Shown: piece by piece, positions 60,157 to 64,000 of the stretch
Layout: each line of letters opens with the position of its first letter
How positions within the stretch are numbered: the stretch's first letter is position 1
Source of the DNA: an uncultured Chloroflexia bacterium
Lineage (GTDB): Bacteria; Chloroflexota; Dehalococcoidia; UBA2979
Direction of reading: 5' to 3'
Length of the DNA: 64,000 nucleotides
NCBI GenBank assembly: GCA_963728205.1
Contig: CAVSIV010000006.1
Span: 1 to 64,000, forward strand
Program-made: the position numbers and the translations under genes
Notes under the pieces: model-generated
The model's input: the letters and a program-made list of their open reading frames with translations, nothing else
What the model was told of the DNA's origin: nothing
The model's database searches: none

Positions 60157-61287
60157 CTAGGGAGCGGGCGTCGCGCCGGCGAAGCGCGGCACGATCTGCT
60201 CCGTGAACAGGCCGAGCGACCGCGACGCCTCGTCGTGCGTGAGGTCGCCCCACTGGAACGATCCGACGAAGTAGTTGGCGCCGCTCTCCTCGACGTAGCG
60301 CTCCACGTACCGGCCCACGCTCTCGACGGTGCCGACGAGCAGCGCCTCGGCGTCGATGGCCTGCTCCGGGGTGATGCGCATCGTGAGCACGCTGTTCGGC
60401 CGCGAAGCCGGCTGCGCCGCCGTCTGCTGCTGCCGGAACCACGCCGATTCACGGACGACCGCGTTGAAGGCGCCGGCCGCGCCGTCGCGGGCGTCCTCGC
60501 CGCTCGGCGACGGCTTCGCGAAGTGCGAGAGGTACGAGTGGTACGCGGCGATGCCGCGCTCGCGGGCCTCGTCCTCGCTTCCGCAGATCAGGATGCGCCG
60601 CGTGCCGCCGTACAGCGGGTCGGCGGGACGGTGGACGTTCGGCGCGTCGTCGGCGCGCGCCGTCTCCCACATCTCGCGGTAGAGCTTCGTGACCGTCGCG
60701 ATCTGCGCGATCGAGCCGTTTGCGATGAAGTTCGCCGCCCGGCGCGCCGCGCTCTCCGGGCCGCCCGCCCACCACAGCGGCGGGTGCGGGACCTGGCTCG
60801 GCCGCAGCGCCATCCAGAGATCCTGCACGTCGAGGAACTTCCCGTGGTACGTGAGGTACTCCGACTGCAGCCCGGTGCGCAGGATGTCGAGCGTCTCCTC
60901 GAAGCGCTCGGCGTTGTCGTCCGGGTTCTCGCCCCACATCGCCAGCTCGGTCCCGCCGCCGGTGCCCGGGCCGACACCCAGGTCGAGGCGGCCGTCCGAG
61001 AGCTGGTCGACCATGCACACCTCCTCAATCAGGCGGATCGGATGGTGCAGGGGCAGCACGAAGACGAGCGGCCCGAAGCGCAGCCGGCGCGTGCGCTGCG
61101 CGGCCGACGCGAGGAAGACCGACTGGTTCGGCGCGATACACAGCGGCGAGTGGTGGTGCTGCGCGACGTGGTACGAGTAGATGCCGCCGGCGTCGGCCCG
61201 CTCCATCAGCCGCAGGCGGTCCTCGTACTGGCGCGCGAGGTCCACGTCGGTGCGCCGCTCGATGTGATCGAAGATGCCGAACTTCAT
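60157..61287 (-). CDS. LLM-class flavin-dependent oxidoreductase
   Basis: MKFGIF, QHH, PIRL.EE....DQLS.GR..LGVG, P.Q.PHPP. Confidence 0.92.
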   Translation of the reverse strand: MKFGIFDHIERRTDVDLARQYEDRLRLMERADAGGIYSYHVAQHHHSPLCIAPNQSVFLASAAQRTRRLRFGPLVFVLPLHHPIRLIEEVCMVDQLSDGRLDLGVGPGTGGGTELAMWGENPDDNAERFEETLDILRTGLQSEYLTYHGKFLDVQDLWMALRPSQVPHPPLWWAGGPESAARRAANFIANGSIAQIATVTKLYREMWETARADDAPNVHRPADPLYGGTRRILICGSEDEARERGIAAYHSYLSHFAKPSPSGEDARDGAAGAFNAVVRESAWFRQQQTAAQPASRPNSVLTMRITPEQAIDAEALLVGTVESVGRYVERYVEESGANYFVGSFQWGDLTHDEASRSLGLFTEQIVPRFAGATPAP

Positions 61288-61349
61288 GGCGCCCCCCCTG
61301 CGCTGCCGCCCTGTGGCGCGCGGAGATTACGACGGGGCGAGGCGCCGCG

Positions 61350-62643
61350 TCAGCGCGCGGGCGCGGCCGGGAGCGCGCGGACCGCTCGCCGCAGTGGCGC
61401 CGCGAGGTCACCGCGCCGCGCCACCTCCACGCGGTCGAGCCCGAGCCACCCGCGCATCAGGTCGAGCTCCGCCGCCAGCGCCGGCGCCACGCGGCGCGCG
61501 TCCTCGCCGGGCTCCACGTAGGCACCGGGGACCGCGAGCACGCCGCGCTCGCGGTCGGCCTTCAGGTCGCAGCGGGCGACCAGCGTGTCGCCGAGCAGGA
61601 ACGGCAGCACGTAGTAGCCGTACACGCGCTTCGGCGCCGGCGTGTACAGCTCGATCGTGTAGCGCATGCCGAACAGGCGATCGAGACGCGCGCGGTCCCA
61701 GACGAGCGAGTCGAAGGGCGCGACGAGCGCGCGGGCGTCGACGGCGCGCGGCACGCGCGCGCCCGGATGCAGGTACGCCGGCTCCGACCACCCCTCGACG
61801 CGGGCAGGCAGGAGCCGGCCCGCGTCGACGAGCTCCGCGACCAGTCGCTTCACCACCGGCTGCGCGCGACGGACGGCCGTGCCTTTCGGCCGCTCCCATT
61901 CGGTGCCACGCGGGCGGTCCTCCCACCACGGGCCGGGCGGCGAGCGGTCCTGCCAGTCGTCGACCTTGAAGTAGTACGCGATGTCCTTGAGCGTCCCCAC
62001 CCCGTACGCCCGGGCGCCGAGACAGAATCAGCGCCTTCATCGCCTCCTCGCGCGCCGGGGCGGGCGCGTCGAGCGCGGCGCGCGGGATCACGCGGTCGGC
62101 GACGTCGTAGAGGCGCTCGAAGCCGCGGCGGCCGGCGATCGCCAGGAGGCCGGCGTTGTAGAGGAACTCCAGCGCCGCCTTGCCGTCGCCCCAGCCCCAC
62201 CAGTTGCCCGAGCGGCGGCCCGGCTCGGAGAGCCCGGCGGCGGCGAGCGGACCGCGGTCCGCGACTTCGTCGTAGACGCGGGCGACGTAGGCGCCGCGTG
62301 GCGAGCGCATGTACGCGCGGGCGTGCTCGTCGCGCATCCGGTAGCGGACGAGCGGGTAGAGCGCGACCGGCATCAGCGACGCGGCGTGCCCCCAGTACTC
62401 GAAGAGCTCGCGGCGGCGGTAGGCCAGGACGTCGAGGGCGTCCGCGCGATACGGGCCGAGCCGCGCGAACGCGGGGACGTAGTGCGCGCGCGTGACGACG
62501 TTCACCGAGTCGATCTGGAACGCGTGGAGCCGCGCCGCGAGCGCGCGGACGTGTCGCAGCGAGGGCGCCGCCGGGCGCCGTCCGAACCCCTGCGACGCGA
62601 CGGCCAGGCGTCGCGCCTCCGGCAGCGAGAGCGTGATCGTCAT
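61350..62643 (-). CDS. YcaQ/AlkZ-like winged-helix DNA glycosylase; one extra base at ~62026
   Basis: QIDSVNVV.RAH, FEYWGHAAS, then PFDSLVWDR and KRVYGYYVLP in the shifted frame. Confidence 0.88.
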
Positions 62644-62800
62644 CGCGGTCCCCCCGGGCCGACCGCAGACTACCCCGGCCACGAGCGTCGCACGGAGCGC
62701 GCGCCGGGCGGCCGCCGCGACGCGGCAGCTCACCCCCCTTTACGTTGGCGATAAGGTAAGGGTCCTTTACCCGGTTCGGCCTGTGGCGAGGAGCGGCTCA

Positions 62801-64000
62801 ATGGCGCGCACCGACGTGCAAGTGCTGCCGCCCGAGCCCGGGACCTCGCCGGAGGAGCCCGAGCCGCAGTCCGGGCTGCTGCGCTACCTCCCGCGCACGT
62901 TCGACGGGCTGCGCTTCGGCCCCTTCCGCTGGTATCTCGGCGCGCTGATCTTCTGGAACGCGGCGATGAGCATGCAGATGCTCACCCGCGGCTACCTCGC
63001 CTTCGAGATCACCGGGTCGTTCGCGTCGCTCGGCGTGATCGGGATCGCCAGCGCGGTGCCGATGCTGTTCCTGTCGCCGTTCGGCGGCGTGCTCGCGGAC
63101 CGCATGCCGCGACGCGTGGTGCTGCAGATCGGCCAGGGGTTCGGGCTCGTGATCGCGCTCGCCGTCGCGATGCTGATCTTCGCCGGGCGCCTGACCTTCG
63201 AGGCGCTGTTCATCGCGTCGATCGGGCAGGGCACGATGATGGCGCTGGTCATGCCGTCGCGGCAGGCGTACCTGCCGGAGGTCGTCGGGCTGCGCCGGCT
63301 GATGAACGCGATCCCGCTGCAGTCCGCGAGCATGAACCTCATGCAGATCCTCGCGCCCGCGGCCGGGGGGTTCGCGATCGACTGGATCGGCGCCGGCGCC
63401 GTGTACGTGGCGATGGCGGTGATGTACGCCGCCTCGATGCTGACGCTGTTCGCGGTGCGCTCGCTGAGCGCCGAGGAGTTCGACGCCGCCGCCGCCGAGC
63501 AGGCGGCGAACACCGGCCGGCGCAGCCGGGTGCGCTCGCGCTCGCGGGGTGGCGACGGCACGACGCGCGGCAGCGCGTTCGGCGACCTCGCGAGCGGGCT
63601 GCGCTACCTCTTCCGCAACCCCGTGCTGCTGAGCGTGCTCGCCTTCACGCTGCTCGGGTCGGTGCTCGGGATGCCGATTCGGCGCCTGCTGCCGGGCTAC
63701 GTCGCCTACGTATTCAGCAGCACCGGCACCGCACTCGGCGTGATGCAGGTGGCGATGGGCGTGGGCGCCCTCGCGGGCGCGCTCGTGCTCGCGACGCTGC
63801 GGCTCGACCGCCACCGCGGACTGATCTTCGCGGGCAGCGCGCTGCTGATGGGCGTGTCGCTGCTGCTGTTCTCGATGACCGGCGTCTTCTGGTTGGCCTG
63901 GATCGCGCTGCTCGTCGTCGGCGTCGGAACCACCGGGCGCCAGGCGCTGAGCCAGATGCTCATGCAGGACTACGTCGAGGACGAGTACCGCGGCCGCGTG
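62801..64000 (+). CDS. MFS transporter, runs off the right edge
   Basis: ATG 62801, open to the edge; GGVLADRMPRR motif A; multiple TM segments. Confidence 0.9.
   Translation, partial: MARTDVQVLPPEPGTSPEEPEPQSGLLRYLPRTFDGLRFGPFRWYLGALIFWNAAMSMQMLTRGYLAFEITGSFASLGVIGIASAVPMLFLSPFGGVLADRMPRRVVLQIGQGFGLVIALAVAMLIFAGRLTFEALFIASIGQGTMMALVMPSRQAYLPEVVGLRRLMNAIPLQSASMNLMQILAPAAGGFAIDWIGAGAVYVAMAVMYAASMLTLFAVRSLSAEEFDAAAAEQAANTGRRSRVRSRSRGGDGTTRGSAFGDLASGLRYLFRNPVLLSVLAFTLLGSVLGMPIRRLLPGYVAYVFSSTGTALGVMQVAMGVGALAGALVLATLRLDRHRGLIFAGSALLMGVSLLLFSMTGVFWLAWIALLVVGVGTTGRQALSQMLMQDYVEDEYRGRV

Noticed and set aside
295-63963. Many long Arg/Ala/Pro-rich overlapping ORFs in the track
   Set aside because: Shadow frames of real genes in very GC-rich DNA, with no recognisable motifs.

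Overview
High-GC bacterial window; gene content (LLM monooxygenase, MFS, MBL hydrolase) suggests a Chloroflexota/Dehalococcoidia-like organism, which is inference only. Positions 1-5670 look like the right end of an integrated element: a secreted RHS/YD protein with tandem ~108-aa domains running off the window, a broken MNT-HEPN pair, three phased CCAAACTGG repeats and a 3' fragment of tRNA-Gly(CCC) as att site. Positions ~5.9-47.7 kb are a large Wzx/Wzy exopolysaccharide locus: amino-sugar synthesis, glycosyltransferases, CysD/CysN/CysC plus a sulfotransferase, two paralogous GH5-like hydrolases, orphan response regulators, and an embedded PqqD/RRE + nucleotidyltransferase pair. Positions 48.0-53.9 kb hold the headline find, a complete lasso-peptide cluster (B1-B2-C-A-kinase-ABC). 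Its 42-aa precursor at 50736-50864 is missing from the ORF track; the core is GSGALGFDGFDSTWLQTDAVS, ending in a Ser that could be phosphorylated. A shared TCAAC-N6-TCAAC-N10-TAnnnT promoter motif may link the EPS and lasso operons. Three frameshifts share the same GATCT->GATTCT insertion and are probably systematic sequencing errors. The right end carries a two-component pair and housekeeping genes.
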